Positions 8,887 through 19,125 of a stretch of DNA of 64,000 bases are shown here, piece after piece. The position numbers and the translations under genes were made by a program. The notes under the pieces are model-generated. The model made no database searches. It was given only the letters and a program-made list of their open reading frames with translations, and was not told the DNA's origin. Within the stretch, counting starts at the first letter, position 1, and each line of letters begins with the position of its first letter. The stretch is from a virus, in the IMG/VR virus record IMGVR_UViG_3300033153_009397, positions 1 through 64,000 of that record. The stretch is one strand, 5' to 3'.

Positions 8887-10214
8887 TATATTAACCCCAC
8901 TCTGTTATTTACTTTTTCAAGTACTTCTATCCACATTTTATCTACCACTTTCCAGTCAAAGTTTTTGACTGCCCATTCTCTACAAGATTTACTTTGTTTA
9001 TCTATCAGCTCTTGATTTTTGTAATAAGCTTCCATACCCAAAGCAAAAGCGTCAACATCAACCCATGCCTTGTGTACTCCAGAATGTTCCAGATATAACC
9101 TTGATGGAAGAATTGGCATACCTCTCATCTGGTCGATTTCTAACATCTTCCCATCATTATCAGTAGCTATTAACTCTCTTGTTGTAGTATAATCTGTAAT
9201 AAGATTAGGTTTACCACAACTCATAGCCTCAATAATGGGTATTCCAAAACCTTCTCCTCCAGTACTCAAAACATGAACATTGAAAGAATTATACAAAAGA
9301 ACAAGGTCATGAGATGGAATACCTTCAATGAAATCATAAGCAGTACCTTCAATCTTCCTCGGAGGAGTAATTATAACATTGTCATTTAATTTTAATGCAT
9401 CAATCCATTCAAGAAATAGATAGTCATGATTATGGTCTGGCATAAACAAAGGGTCTTTAGGGTCAAGATGAAGATAAAGATAACAACGTTTTCTTTTTTC
9501 ATCAATCTCTTGCTGAGTTGGCCCAGTATCAAGAAATTTTCTAAATGCTGTTAACAACCTAATATGATGTTTTCTTAGATTTAATCTAGCCACTGAACCA
9601 AAAATGAATGCGTCTTCCAAATCGCACTGACGAGTTCTTAATCCGTACATTTCAAAGAACGCCTTTCTGCATTCTATCATGTTAGCGGGACTGAACTTTT
9701 TAGTATCTAAACCATGAGGAATATATTCAGAATGAAGCTTTAACTGTAACTGGACTAATTCTCTGCCATACTTAGACATGCATACTCTTACATCTGCTTT
9801 CGGTAATGTTCCCCCAATTATCTGATTGATTGGATGCCCATCAATCGGCAAATACCATATCCAAAATGGTCTTGGCATACTACCTAACTGGTCTACCATA
9901 TGGGCATCTCCTTGAGTAAAAACCACGTCTGGATTAGTCATCTGAAATAATGGGTCATAGCTGTCCTTTCCAAAAGGAGCTCTTCCCTTAATTCCGTGTA
10001 TCTTAAAAGGGAACCCTTTGATATCTGGATTTCCTCTGGTTTGCCAACCTAGATAATGTACATCCCACTTCATTTTTTCAGCTGCTAAAGCAGCAATGTG
10101 TCCACACTGGTTCGCAAAACCCGTAGGATAATAGGGACTATCAGAACCAAAAATAGCTACTGGTGTTTTGTCCCCTATTTGTATGTTAGTTTGAACATCG
10201 ACATTATTTGTCAT
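8886..10214 (-). CDS. GT-B (GT4-family) glycosyltransferase
   Basis: DSP..PTGF, IPHGLD, ARLNLRK, GEGFGIPIIEAMSCGKP; start moved to the leaderless ATG 10214, 30 nt from a TATA box. Confidence 0.9.
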   Translation of the reverse strand: MTNNVDVQTNIQIGDKTPVAIFGSDSPYYPTGFANQCGHIAALAAEKMKWDVHYLGWQTRGNPDIKGFPFKIHGIKGRAPFGKDSYDPLFQMTNPDVVFTQGDAHMVDQLGSMPRPFWIWYLPIDGHPINQIIGGTLPKADVRVCMSKYGRELVQLQLKLHSEYIPHGLDTKKFSPANMIECRKAFFEMYGLRTRQCDLEDAFIFGSVARLNLRKHHIRLLTAFRKFLDTGPTQQEIDEKRKRCYLYLHLDPKDPLFMPDHNHDYLFLEWIDALKLNDNVIITPPRKIEGTAYDFIEGIPSHDLVLLYNSFNVHVLSTGGEGFGIPIIEAMSCGKPNLITDYTTTRELIATDNDGKMLEIDQMRGMPILPSRLYLEHSGVHKAWVDVDAFALGMEAYYKNQELIDKQSKSCREWAVKNFDWKVVDKMWIEVLEKVNNRVGLI

Positions 10215-10258
10215 GTATAGACTATTATTCTTACAACATTTAAATGTTTCTAATAATT

Positions 10259-10786
10259 TTATAATTGCGGTGTCGACGGGTACGTTATGTTTTGAGAAAT
10301 ATCTTTCTTCCACAACATACAAGCAATATAAATAACTCTATTACTAGTACCAAAATAAGGTACAACATTTGCCACATCAAATTCTATTTGTTGTTGAGGA
10401 GCGTCAATAGGCCAGATAATAGTATCTCCTACAACTATCTTTCCCCACTCATAACCATAAGTGTACATAAGATAATCATACCTCTGAAGCCTACCAGCCT
10501 CAGAAACAAAATCTGCGTTACCACTTCTACCGTGAGGAGGAAAAGCCTCCATAATGCATTGAATAGGACGGTCATCGGCATTACCATAAATCCACCCATC
10601 ATTACAAATACTACAATAAGGGTCTCTATTCTCTGTAATTGCATCCCAACAAGAACAACGAACAGAATCCTTCTTAGCTAACAATCTAGCCCAAGAAGGG
10701 AATTGCGATAAAATAATAGTAAATTCTCTTTCATCTATTATAGGAGTATGTGGACTTCCTATTTTCAATTGTCTATGTTGAGACAT
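10259..10786 (-). CDS. Head closure (stopper) protein
   Basis: CSCWD..DPYCSICNDGW zinc motif and a GDTI motif; follows the adaptor. Confidence 0.6.
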   Translation of the reverse strand: MSQHRQLKIGSPHTPIIDEREFTIILSQFPSWARLLAKKDSVRCSCWDAITENRDPYCSICNDGWIYGNADDRPIQCIMEAFPPHGRSGNADFVSEAGRLQRYDYLMYTYGYEWGKIVVGDTIIWPIDAPQQQIEFDVANVVPYFGTSNRVIYIACMLWKKDISQNITYPSTPQL

Positions 10787-10788
10787 TC

Positions 10789-11049
10789 CTACTCACCCTT
10801 ATTTTTGTTCTCACCATACGTTGTTTCTAAATATGATGTTTCTAAACAAGTACTCCCCGTTCCAGCTAGAAAATCATACTCTTGGTCAATAATTGTATAA
10901 TCATCTATTCTAACGTCACTGTTCATAACTGAAATACACCAATTACACTCTACACACTTTATTGTATAATAATAATCTGTAGACCCTAAATGAATGTGTT
11001 CCTTAGTTTTTACTCGTTCTGTTTCTCCACCACATACTGGACAATCCAT
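10789..11049 (-). CDS. Small zinc-ribbon protein
   Basis: CPVCGG...CVEC; GAGGTGA RBS. Confidence 0.6.
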   Translation of the reverse strand: MDCPVCGGETERVKTKEHIHLGSTDYYYTIKCVECNWCISVMNSDVRIDDYTIIDQEYDFLAGTGSTCLETSYLETTYGENKNKGE

Positions 11050-11059
11050 TTTTTCACCT

Positions 11060-11881
11060 CTAACTATTGAATATAATTACTCTATCTCCATAAGCATAAA
11101 CCATTGCTTCTCCTAAGTCAATAATTCTCTCACTTTTATTAGCTGGAAATACTCTTTCTTGATACGGCAATGAATAGGCACTTCTATTAACTATTATGCA
11201 AGGAGCACCATCGTAAACCAGTTTTAGTGTATTAATCATTTGATTACAAACACGTTCATATTCCTTGAAGAGAGCTTCCATTGACATACCTTCTCCCCAT
11301 AACTTGGTTTGTACACTAAGTCCACCTACATTGTAACTGAACCCTCCTTGAACAGCATTACTATTATTCATTTGAACTATAGCATCTCTCACTGCAAAAA
11401 CATACACCGTAAAAATTGCTAGCTGTTCAGTAGTATTGTCAGAAGTTATATCATAATCCCAATACTCAGTAGATTTATCACCATGAAACTCAGCATTTAA
11501 CCAGACCTTTCTTTGGTCTATAATGATGTTAAGATTGTTATCCGTTAACCCGTTCCAGTGAGCATACGTTGCCCAAACCTTATCTCCGCTTGAAACACTT
11601 GCTCCAGACGCTAAATATACTTCTCCTTCCATAGCATTGTAATATGAACCACTGTTAGCATTATAAAGATTAGTACCAGAGTGCCACGGGTCATTTTCCA
11701 ACCATATCCCAGCAACAGCTTTCACCGGGGTATTTCTAGCAAATATGTAATGTTGAGAGGTTCCAGAATAAACATGTGCTCTTTCATTTTCTGTTGTTAA
11801 CGTCTGGATTATTCCAACCGACGTTAGCATGTTCCTAACATTTGTTACATGGCTATTTGAACCAGACGTTATGAAGCTCAT
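11060..11881 (-). CDS. Head-tail adaptor protein
   Basis: First gene of the neck cluster; FSYNVGGLSV motif common in adaptors. Confidence 0.6.
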   Translation of the reverse strand: MSFITSGSNSHVTNVRNMLTSVGIIQTLTTENERAHVYSGTSQHYIFARNTPVKAVAGIWLENDPWHSGTNLYNANSGSYYNAMEGEVYLASGASVSSGDKVWATYAHWNGLTDNNLNIIIDQRKVWLNAEFHGDKSTEYWDYDITSDNTTEQLAIFTVYVFAVRDAIVQMNNSNAVQGGFSYNVGGLSVQTKLWGEGMSMEALFKEYERVCNQMINTLKLVYDGAPCIIVNRSAYSLPYQERVFPANKSERIIDLGEAMVYAYGDRVIIFNS

Positions 11882-11971
11882 TACATTACTTGCCGTTTAG
11901 GAGTAAAAAAAGCTGTCGGTTCAAAAAATAATTGTCAAAATATTTAAAAATGATAAAGATAACCGTGATAT

Positions 11972-12526
11972 ATGAAAAGAAGTATACTTGTTTTAGGTAT
12001 AGAACGAACTGGAACAAGAATAGTAACAAAAATGATTATTGATGGTGGAGTATGGGGAGATAGTAATCATGAACAAAGAGTAAATATGGCACTAATAGGG
12101 AAGTACCTTATACCAGATGAAATAGAGACAGTAGTAATAAGGAGAAGTTATCCTCATAATGGATTATATCCAAGCATAAATAGACTAATTTACAGCATGA
12201 ATACAATAGGATATCCTATATCAGACATTGTATTAACAATAAGAGATACTAACTTTGTTATAATATCACAACATAAAAGCGATAAAATATTACCTTTCCC
12301 AGCAGAAATAAAAGATAGAGACAGAGAAAAACTATTTCAAAAATCCCTAAAAATAATATTTGAACAATTATCAAAAATAAAAATACCAGTAACGGTAATA
12401 TCATACGAAGCATTAGTAAATTATCCACAATTTATATTTAATCATATAAAAGATAGATTAAACTTACCAAAACTGCCAAACACAGAAATATTTGACGGCA
12501 ACAAAAAATATACAAAAAAGAGATGA
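11972..12526 (+). CDS. Sulfotransferase-like P-loop protein
   Basis: LVLGIERTGT (5'PSB-like G..RSGT), IRD and SYEALV motifs; own TATA at about 11943, leaderless start. Confidence 0.6.
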   Translation: MKRSILVLGIERTGTRIVTKMIIDGGVWGDSNHEQRVNMALIGKYLIPDEIETVVIRRSYPHNGLYPSINRLIYSMNTIGYPISDIVLTIRDTNFVIISQHKSDKILPFPAEIKDRDREKLFQKSLKIIFEQLSKIKIPVTVISYEALVNYPQFIFNHIKDRLNLPKLPNTEIFDGNKKYTKKR

Positions 12527-12559
12527 AATGAAAATATTATTCCCAATAAACATTCTTCA

Positions 12560-12916
12560 TTAAATGTTTCTGGTATCCCAAAGTCCACATTTTGTACATT
12601 GCCAAGTAGAATAACCCGTATTAGTATGTTTTAAAACCCAGCTATGGTCACAATCTATCACAGAATGCCTTTTTACGTAGCCATCATAAAAATCAACCGT
12701 ATTATCACTGGCTGTAATTATTGAAATACCTTTCAGAATTTCTTCTATCTCTCTAACACGTTCACATATTCTTGAAATCTTCCTACTCATTTTCATGATT
12801 TCAGCAGCATATTTATCTTTCTTAGTCATCTGAGCAAAAAACTCTTCTACCTCTTTATCTGTTTTATATTTCTTTGATTTATACTTATTTTTTAATAAAT
12901 CACTCTCAAACCCCAT
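12560..12916 (-). CDS. Hypothetical protein with a C-terminal zinc finger
   Basis: CDHSW...CTKCG. Confidence 0.55.
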   Translation of the reverse strand: MGFESDLLKNKYKSKKYKTDKEVEEFFAQMTKKDKYAAEIMKMSRKISRICERVREIEEILKGISIITASDNTVDFYDGYVKRHSVIDCDHSWVLKHTNTGYSTWQCTKCGLWDTRNI

Positions 12917-12969
12917 AATTATTCCTCATTATCACAACAGTCTGTCTTAATTAAAAGGTTTTCTAATAT

Positions 12970-12992
12970 AAAAAAAAGAAAAAAAAAGAAAA
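12970..12992 (-). terminator. Oligo-T archaeal-type terminator after the MCP
   Basis: Long T tract on the coding strand just after the MCP stop. Confidence 0.5.
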
Positions 12993-13001
12993 GTTTTACT
13001 T

Positions 13002-14033
13002 TTATCCAGTGTAATCGGCTGGGTTGACATATGATAAGTTATCCAATCTTGCCGCAGCATCTGGATTGACAATACCGACACCCATTCTGGATGTCATGTA
13101 GATAGCAATACTGTCATGTGAAATAAGACTCTCTCTGTCAACTGACAATGGTCGTCTCATAAATCTAACAGCATACTTACCCTTGTTTAAGAACAGAGCT
13201 TTGTCTGTATCCATCCAAGGAGTAACTACAATATCAATACCAGCAATTGGATATAGTCCACCACGCCTCATGGTTGCTTGTTGGTCTGGAGGAAGTATTT
13301 GCCATACGTTTGATGACTTGAATTCGTCCATCATCATCAGATAGGTAAATACATATGGATGTACTACCATCGTCTCGTAAGGAATATCTTCTGCTCTACC
13401 AATAGAAAGCATGACTTGTATCTTTTCCCAGTCTAATGTTCCACTAGCAGTCCAATCTGTATCAGTGGCGTCGAGTATATGATTAGAAACTTTTTGACCA
13501 GTTTTCCAGTCAGTAGTTCCATCAGAAGGTCCACTAATCAAAGTTTTCATGATTAGTTGGTCCTCATATCTACGACAAGCGTCTAAAGCTAAACGAATTT
13601 GACGAGATGTTACATCAAATGATTGAACATCTTCAATCGTCTCATTAGTTATAACTATACCAATACCAAATTTGGTGATTTCAGTTCTTACCTTTCCATA
13701 GCTAGATTTAGCGATTGGAATTTCTGCTCCCTCAGTTAGAGGTTCTGCATCAAATCCAATTTCGAAAGTATAAGAAACTACTGGAGCATTGACGTTTATG
13801 GTGTCAACAAGTCCCACAGCGATAAGGTCTGGAATATATTCTTCCCAAGCTTGACGATTAATAGCTTCACCAATGAAAAGTATCATATCTTCTCTGCTAA
13901 TGTATTGGTTAAGCAATGTATGTAACTGTTCCATACTTTTTGGTGCATTGACATAGTCATCACCAAATTTGATGTATTCTGCAGTTCTAAAGCTTGAATA
14001 GTTTTGATTAATTGTTGCTACCATTTTTACCAT
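13002..14033 (-). CDS. Major capsid protein (HK97 fold)
   Basis: EGAEIP..KFGIGIVITNETIED, MVVHP, GIDIVVTPW and RMGVGIVNP motifs; position. Confidence 0.88.
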   Translation of the reverse strand: MVKMVATINQNYSSFRTAEYIKFGDDYVNAPKSMEQLHTLLNQYISREDMILFIGEAINRQAWEEYIPDLIAVGLVDTINVNAPVVSYTFEIGFDAEPLTEGAEIPIAKSSYGKVRTEITKFGIGIVITNETIEDVQSFDVTSRQIRLALDACRRYEDQLIMKTLISGPSDGTTDWKTGQKVSNHILDATDTDWTASGTLDWEKIQVMLSIGRAEDIPYETMVVHPYVFTYLMMMDEFKSSNVWQILPPDQQATMRRGGLYPIAGIDIVVTPWMDTDKALFLNKGKYAVRFMRRPLSVDRESLISHDSIAIYMTSRMGVGIVNPDAAARLDNLSYVNPADYTG

Positions 14034-14656
14034 CCTCTTTTCTTAGATAAGTCGACTAAGACTACTGGAATATTCGTATCAGATGTTAGGTTTGGACCTA
14101 ATGAGCCGCTAGAAATACCAATAACTTGACCTATCACATATGCTCTGTCTGGGCCAGTTGCACTTCCTACTGCTCCACAAGCTTCTACGTATCCATCTGT
14201 TCCAGATGAAAGTGTAACGTATCCACCCATTGTAGGAGCTGTACCACTATAACAAACCCAAATAGGTTCGTCTGTTACATAAGTTCCAATATATTGATTT
14301 TCCAAAGTTGTAGTACCACTCTGTGAGTCGTAGATGTTTAATGAGCTACCCCATACGTTCCATTGAGGGATTGCCTTTCTGGTTGCTATTCCTAAAATCT
14401 TATAATCTGTAGCACCGCTACCTAAAAGTACTCCACTTGAAGCAACGTCGGCTGCTGAAAGAATATCGCCTTCTGGCATAAGTCTTTCGTCATATCCAGA
14501 TTGTCCACCATAGTATTGTGTCGAAGGCACTTCCCCAGTCTGAACAACTATTGTTCCAGCATCCCAATTGGTACTTCCACTGGCTACTGCTACCATCTTA
14601 ACATTCTTTGGTGCGAATCTTAATCCGCCTCTAAAAGGTTTTCTAAAGTTTGGCAT
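14027..14656 (-). CDS. Capsid decoration/cement protein
   Basis: G/S/T-rich beta protein directly upstream of the MCP (ILGIA, VIGQV). Confidence 0.6.
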   Translation of the reverse strand: MPNFRKPFRGGLRFAPKNVKMVAVASGSTNWDAGTIVVQTGEVPSTQYYGGQSGYDERLMPEGDILSAADVASSGVLLGSGATDYKILGIATRKAIPQWNVWGSSLNIYDSQSGTTTLENQYIGTYVTDEPIWVCYSGTAPTMGGYVTLSSGTDGYVEACGAVGSATGPDRAYVIGQVIGISSGSLGPNLTSDTNIPVVLVDLSKKRGW

Positions 14657-15242
14657 TAATCCTCAACTCCTTTAAAAGCTGACTGTGCTAGTACACGAGC
14701 CACTTCGTTTCTGTCTTTTTCGGTATGTTCATCCCTAACCTTCTGCGTCCAGCTTAAGTTAAATACTCGTCCAATCCCAGTGATTACCATTTCTCTTTCG
14801 GCATCAGCCTTAAGTTTCTTTGGGTCTCCAGCGATGAATTGGCCTTGATTAACAACAGCATCTGCTTGATTTGAAGGCGAGGGGGTTTTCTTCTCAAGTA
14901 CTTTCACCGTAGTGTAGACTTGCTCAAGAACTGTAAGGTCTCTGTCTGCATAGGTTTTTGGTTCCTCTCCTTATCAAACATCTTCTTGTATTTCTCATTC
15001 TCTATAGCCGCTTGTTTCATCTGTTCGAGGGTAGGAATAACAGACTCTTTGAACGCTCTCAGTTCTTCGATTTGTTTTTCGTACTCGATAACTGATTTGT
15101 TTTCTTCCGTACTCAAATTTATCCTCTCTTTATTCTTCTGTTGTTCTAAGATTCTTTCTTTTATAGAATCATTTATTGACTGAACCAGAACCATATAACT
15201 CTTAGAATTAAGGTCATTTAGTTCTGATGCACTCTGGGCCAC
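14656..15242 (-). CDS. Scaffold-like coiled-coil region, as two overlapping ORFs (14904-15242 and 14656-14907)
   Basis: Between protease and decoration protein; coiled-coil; both ORFs have weak GTG starts. Confidence 0.5.
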
Positions 15243-15754
15243 ACCAATCTACCAAGATGCACAGCTTCAGCATCATAAACCAGTCCTTCACACTTAACGT
15301 CCTTGTATTCTTGATTAATCATATGCACACATTCACCGACTTGTTTTCCGCATATACTGCATCTAAAATCCTTGAGATAAGCTCTTACTGATGTATTTTT
15401 TACATATCCTTGTTCTATCTTGTGAGCAATCTTGCTCGGGTCTTCTCTATCTACATCTCCAATGTACTCAAGCATTCCTTGTTTGTTTACTGTATGCTTA
15501 ATTATTCCTACTACTTTGGTTACGTCATCAAAGTGATGGTTTAAAACAATTTCTCTGCTCTTAAGACTTTTAGCATAATTGGTTAAGGCTTGGTCTACCC
15601 AGCGAATACCGAAGTTATTAGTCTGATTAGATACTGCTACTCCTCTCACTGGAAGTCCTTTTATATCGTACTTGGTAACAATATCCTCATCATCGGTTAT
15701 AGATGATAAAGGAAGATATTGCTGCAACGTACGAGTGTCATTGTCGTACCCCAT
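15218..15754 (-). CDS. Prohead maturation protease
   Basis: VLNHH..VVG, TSV and CSICG...C.H motifs; follows the portal. Confidence 0.8.
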   Translation of the reverse strand: MGYDNDTRTLQQYLPLSSITDDEDIVTKYDIKGLPVRGVAVSNQTNNFGIRWVDQALTNYAKSLKSREIVLNHHFDDVTKVVGIIKHTVNKQGMLEYIGDVDREDPSKIAHKIEQGYVKNTSVRAYLKDFRCSICGKQVGECVHMINQEYKDVKCEGLVYDAEAVHLGRLVWPRVHQN

Positions 15755-15880
15755 AAATAGATTTTACGACTTAGAAGTATATAAATATGTTTAACCCTAA
15801 GAGGGCTAAACTACAAAATACAACTATAACTCTTTTTCCATGTAAAAAATGAAGGGGGTCGATTTTTGTCGAAACCAACT

Positions 15881-17437
15881 TTATTTAGGCTTTGTTTTAT
15901 CAGATTTATGAGATTGTGTTTTAGTATTAGTAGCTCTAGTCTTAGCAGCAGCAGCACTAATTTGAGCAGTCTCTTTCTGTACTTCCAATCCTTTTTCTTG
16001 AATATCTAGCTCTCTGTCCATGTTCTCAGTAGCCTTATTAAGATTCTCAGCTTGAGCAAGAAATTGTCTGAGTTGAGGATGTAATTCATCTTCATCATAG
16101 TATTCTGACCTACCAAACTCTTTACGAGCTTCTGGCAAAGTAAGAGTACCAGCAATAAGTTCTTCTCTAACTCTTAATCTTCTATTAGGAATATTCTCAA
16201 TTTCATTATATCTAATAAAGGGTACTTCAGCATATTGTATTGGGGTAATTTCATGAACAGCCTTTCTTCCATTAGCTGTTTTTAGGTCATTAGGATGAAA
16301 CAAAAAGATATCTCGCAAAACCTCATTAGTAATCATTCCACCTATATAGTTTTGTAGAACCATTATTCTTCTTCTGAAATACTCTTCTGTAATTTCATCT
16401 GTCTGCCCAGAAGTAGAAGGAACTAATCCAAGTATAGTAGCTGGAACACCTAAAGTAGTAGAAATAGCTCGTATTTGATATTCCATAAACCAATCAGTAT
16501 CCATAACTTTATCTCCACCAGAAATAACTTCTGCCTTAACTCTGCCGTCTACTGCTATGTCAGAACCCATAGATAATCCTTGAGAAATACTAGTTGCTAT
16601 TCCTTCCATATGTTTTCGAGGCATGGGATTATCAGCATCACCCATATACCATACAGTGAGTGGTCTTGCCATAGTTCTGATAATATCAGCAGTATCACTT
16701 TCCGCACCAAGTAAAATATTAATAGAAGTACGAATAGGTCTCATCAATGACCTACCATATGCTCCTCCAGTATAATCTCTTCTTTTGAAGTGAACCACAT
16801 TCTCTGCTGGAACCTTAATAAGCCACTCATCTCTATCTCTTTTATTAGACTTCCCTTTAGTAACACCAGCTCTTGGAACAAAATATGAACCTTGTACATG
16901 TTCAATCTTCGAAACGTCTTGTACATATGTTTTAGGATTTCCCCATTTATCCCTCTCTATCTCAACAGTATGAGGATGTACGAGTTTCAATTTCTTTATT
17001 CCCCATCCTCCTTCATCATAACTTTTTTCATCATAAATTTTCTCTACAAAAGCATCTCCCAACCCTTCTACACACAAAGCTATCTTTTCTTTAAGACTTG
17101 TAAGATTTACAAATCTACTCCACAACCTTAAGAACTTTAACTTCTCTTTATGTCTGTCCTCCAACTCCTCGTCATTGTCAAATCCGAAAGTATATCCGTA
17201 TGCTACAGTTACACTTGCTTTGAGGTCTAAACATGCCATAACTATTCCAACGGTATCCATGGCTTCTTCATATTTTAATATATTATCTTTCCTAGCTTCA
17301 GTAAATCGTATATACTTTTTTGGAAGAATAACCAATTTTCCTTCGTTTCTTGGTCTCGCTTGGTCAACAAACCACTGCTGATTCATTCTTGTACCCAAGT
17401 GAGTAGCATATGGTTCTGGATACTCTTTTTCATTCAT
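15881..17437 (-). CDS. Portal protein
   Basis: GDAFVE, LKLVHP, VVHFK..YGRS, LGVP..LG and TL.EAR motifs. Confidence 0.9.
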   Translation of the reverse strand: MNEKEYPEPYATHLGTRMNQQWFVDQARPRNEGKLVILPKKYIRFTEARKDNILKYEEAMDTVGIVMACLDLKASVTVAYGYTFGFDNDEELEDRHKEKLKFLRLWSRFVNLTSLKEKIALCVEGLGDAFVEKIYDEKSYDEGGWGIKKLKLVHPHTVEIERDKWGNPKTYVQDVSKIEHVQGSYFVPRAGVTKGKSNKRDRDEWLIKVPAENVVHFKRRDYTGGAYGRSLMRPIRTSINILLGAESDTADIIRTMARPLTVWYMGDADNPMPRKHMEGIATSISQGLSMGSDIAVDGRVKAEVISGGDKVMDTDWFMEYQIRAISTTLGVPATILGLVPSTSGQTDEITEEYFRRRIMVLQNYIGGMITNEVLRDIFLFHPNDLKTANGRKAVHEITPIQYAEVPFIRYNEIENIPNRRLRVREELIAGTLTLPEARKEFGRSEYYDEDELHPQLRQFLAQAENLNKATENMDRELDIQEKGLEVQKETAQISAAAAKTRATNTKTQSHKSDKTKPK

Positions 17438-17532
17438 ATCCTATTTTTCAACTTAAGATTACTTAAATCTGTCTGTTAAATTTAGCTAAATATAATCGTA
17501 ATGTTTAAATATATTTAATCCCACGTTACACC

Positions 17533-18075
17533 ATGAAACGAATAGAGGTAGAAAAAACCGACCTTAAAATATTACTTTCAACAGCAAAAGAAAAAGAAAA
17601 GGGAGTAGAATACTATCTATGGGATAGGGGGTATCTTATAGGGGGTAATCAACATCTAACAGAAGTAGATGAAGAAATAGTAAGAAAGATAATGACCCCC
17701 ACCGAAGAATTACCAATAAAATACAAAACATGGACACTGAAACCTACCAGTTTTATTCATTCAGAAGTAATGAAACGTGCTATACATATTATAAGGTTAG
17801 AAGACCTTCCGTCGTACGGGAAGGTACCAGAAGGATATTTTTTCATATCAAATCATCCAACAGTATTTGACGCCCATTATTACGACGCAGAAAGATGGTA
17901 TGAAATTAAAAAAACCCAGTGGAAAGTATGGATAGATAATGAAGTGTACGAACATTGGAAAGTATATCTTTATTTTCCAGCTAATCATCTTTATGACCAT
18001 TCCCCCCCATTCGTAGTAGATTATAGTGTTATCCCAATACCAGTAAAACCAATAGGAGGAAACAAAAATGAGTAA
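17533..18075 (+). CDS. Hypothetical protein
   Basis: Leaderless ORF about 29 nt after TTTAAAT. Confidence 0.6.
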   Translation: MKRIEVEKTDLKILLSTAKEKEKGVEYYLWDRGYLIGGNQHLTEVDEEIVRKIMTPTEELPIKYKTWTLKPTSFIHSEVMKRAIHIIRLEDLPSYGKVPEGYFFISNHPTVFDAHYYDAERWYEIKKTQWKVWIDNEVYEHWKVYLYFPANHLYDHSPPFVVDYSVIPIPVKPIGGNKNE

Positions 18076-18271
18076 AACACCACAACACCCTCCCCAACCT
18101 ATTTATTGTTGTTATTGTGAATCACGTCAGATACTTGAATCTAACGTTCATTTTAATACCAGATTGAAGTGTCCAAGATGTAAGACAGAATTTCAATGCA
18201 TAGATAGTGGAGTGGGAGAACTTCATGTAGTTATTAGACAACCAAAAGAAGAAGAAGTACCAAGGATGTAG
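18068..18271 (+). CDS. Zinc-ribbon protein (Com-like)
   Basis: CCYC...KCPRCK; GGAGG RBS. Confidence 0.55.
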   Translation: MSKTPQHPPQPIYCCYCESRQILESNVHFNTRLKCPRCKTEFQCIDSGVGELHVVIRQPKEEEVPRM

Positions 18272-18279
18272 GATGTAAT

Positions 18280-19125
18280 ATGACTATTATATATGGAAAT
18301 TTCTATGATGTAATGTATGATAAAATAAACTGTGAATCTATTGACCACCTTATAACCGACCCGCCATTTGGTATAGAATTAAAAAGTAATCAAAGCTCGT
18401 ACAATAGAAAAGATGACAATGTAATAGGAGGATATATTGAATGGAGCAAAGAAGATTATTTTTCAAATATGAATGCGTTGCTATCTAGTGCTGCACGAGT
18501 ATGCAAATCTACTGCTAACATAATAATATTCAGTAGCTGGAATAATCTACCTATCTTTTTCAAAGCTTTCAACAATAGATGGATAAAAGATATCTATAAC
18601 TATCAAGGAAATATAGTATGGAAATACCAATTTGGAGTAAGAAACAATTCAATAATAACGGGTCATTATCATATTCACTGGTTGACTTTTAGAACAAACA
18701 AGAAACCTATTTTTAATAGAGACTGTAGATATCCTCCAATAAGTGAGGAAAATAAAAGATTATCATATGCTGACAGATACAGTGTGTGGAACATAAAAAA
18801 GAAATATAGACGAAATGTAAGAAAATATACCACAGAACTCCCATCGGAACTATGTGATAAGCTTATTCAATATTTCACTAACGAAGGGGATATAGTACTA
18901 GACCCATTTGCTGGAGCTGGCAATATTGCTGTTGCAGCCAAAAAATATGAAAGATTGCCATTATCTATAGAACTTAACCATGAAGTTATACCTTACCTTA
19001 TGCACAAAGTATATGGTAAATCAATATTTGAGGGATGGCCCACTTCAAAAATAAAATCTTATTTAGAAAAAAATCCTATACAACATTCAAAACAATTGGA
19101 GGACAGACAATGTTTAATACTATAA
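18280..19125 (+). CDS. Beta-class amino (N6A/N4C) DNA methyltransferase
   Basis: TDPPF catalytic motif precedes the LDPFAGAG SAM-binding motif. Confidence 0.9.
   Translation: MTIIYGNFYDVMYDKINCESIDHLITDPPFGIELKSNQSSYNRKDDNVIGGYIEWSKEDYFSNMNALLSSAARVCKSTANIIIFSSWNNLPIFFKAFNNRWIKDIYNYQGNIVWKYQFGVRNNSIITGHYHIHWLTFRTNKKPIFNRDCRYPPISEENKRLSYADRYSVWNIKKKYRRNVRKYTTELPSELCDKLIQYFTNEGDIVLDPFAGAGNIAVAAKKYERLPLSIELNHEVIPYLMHKVYGKSIFEGWPTSKIKSYLEKNPIQHSKQLEDRQCLIL

Noticed and set aside
10215-10322. N-terminal extensions in the ORF track (also 19035, 40552, 56466)
   Set aside because: TATA or RBS positions support downstream ATG starts
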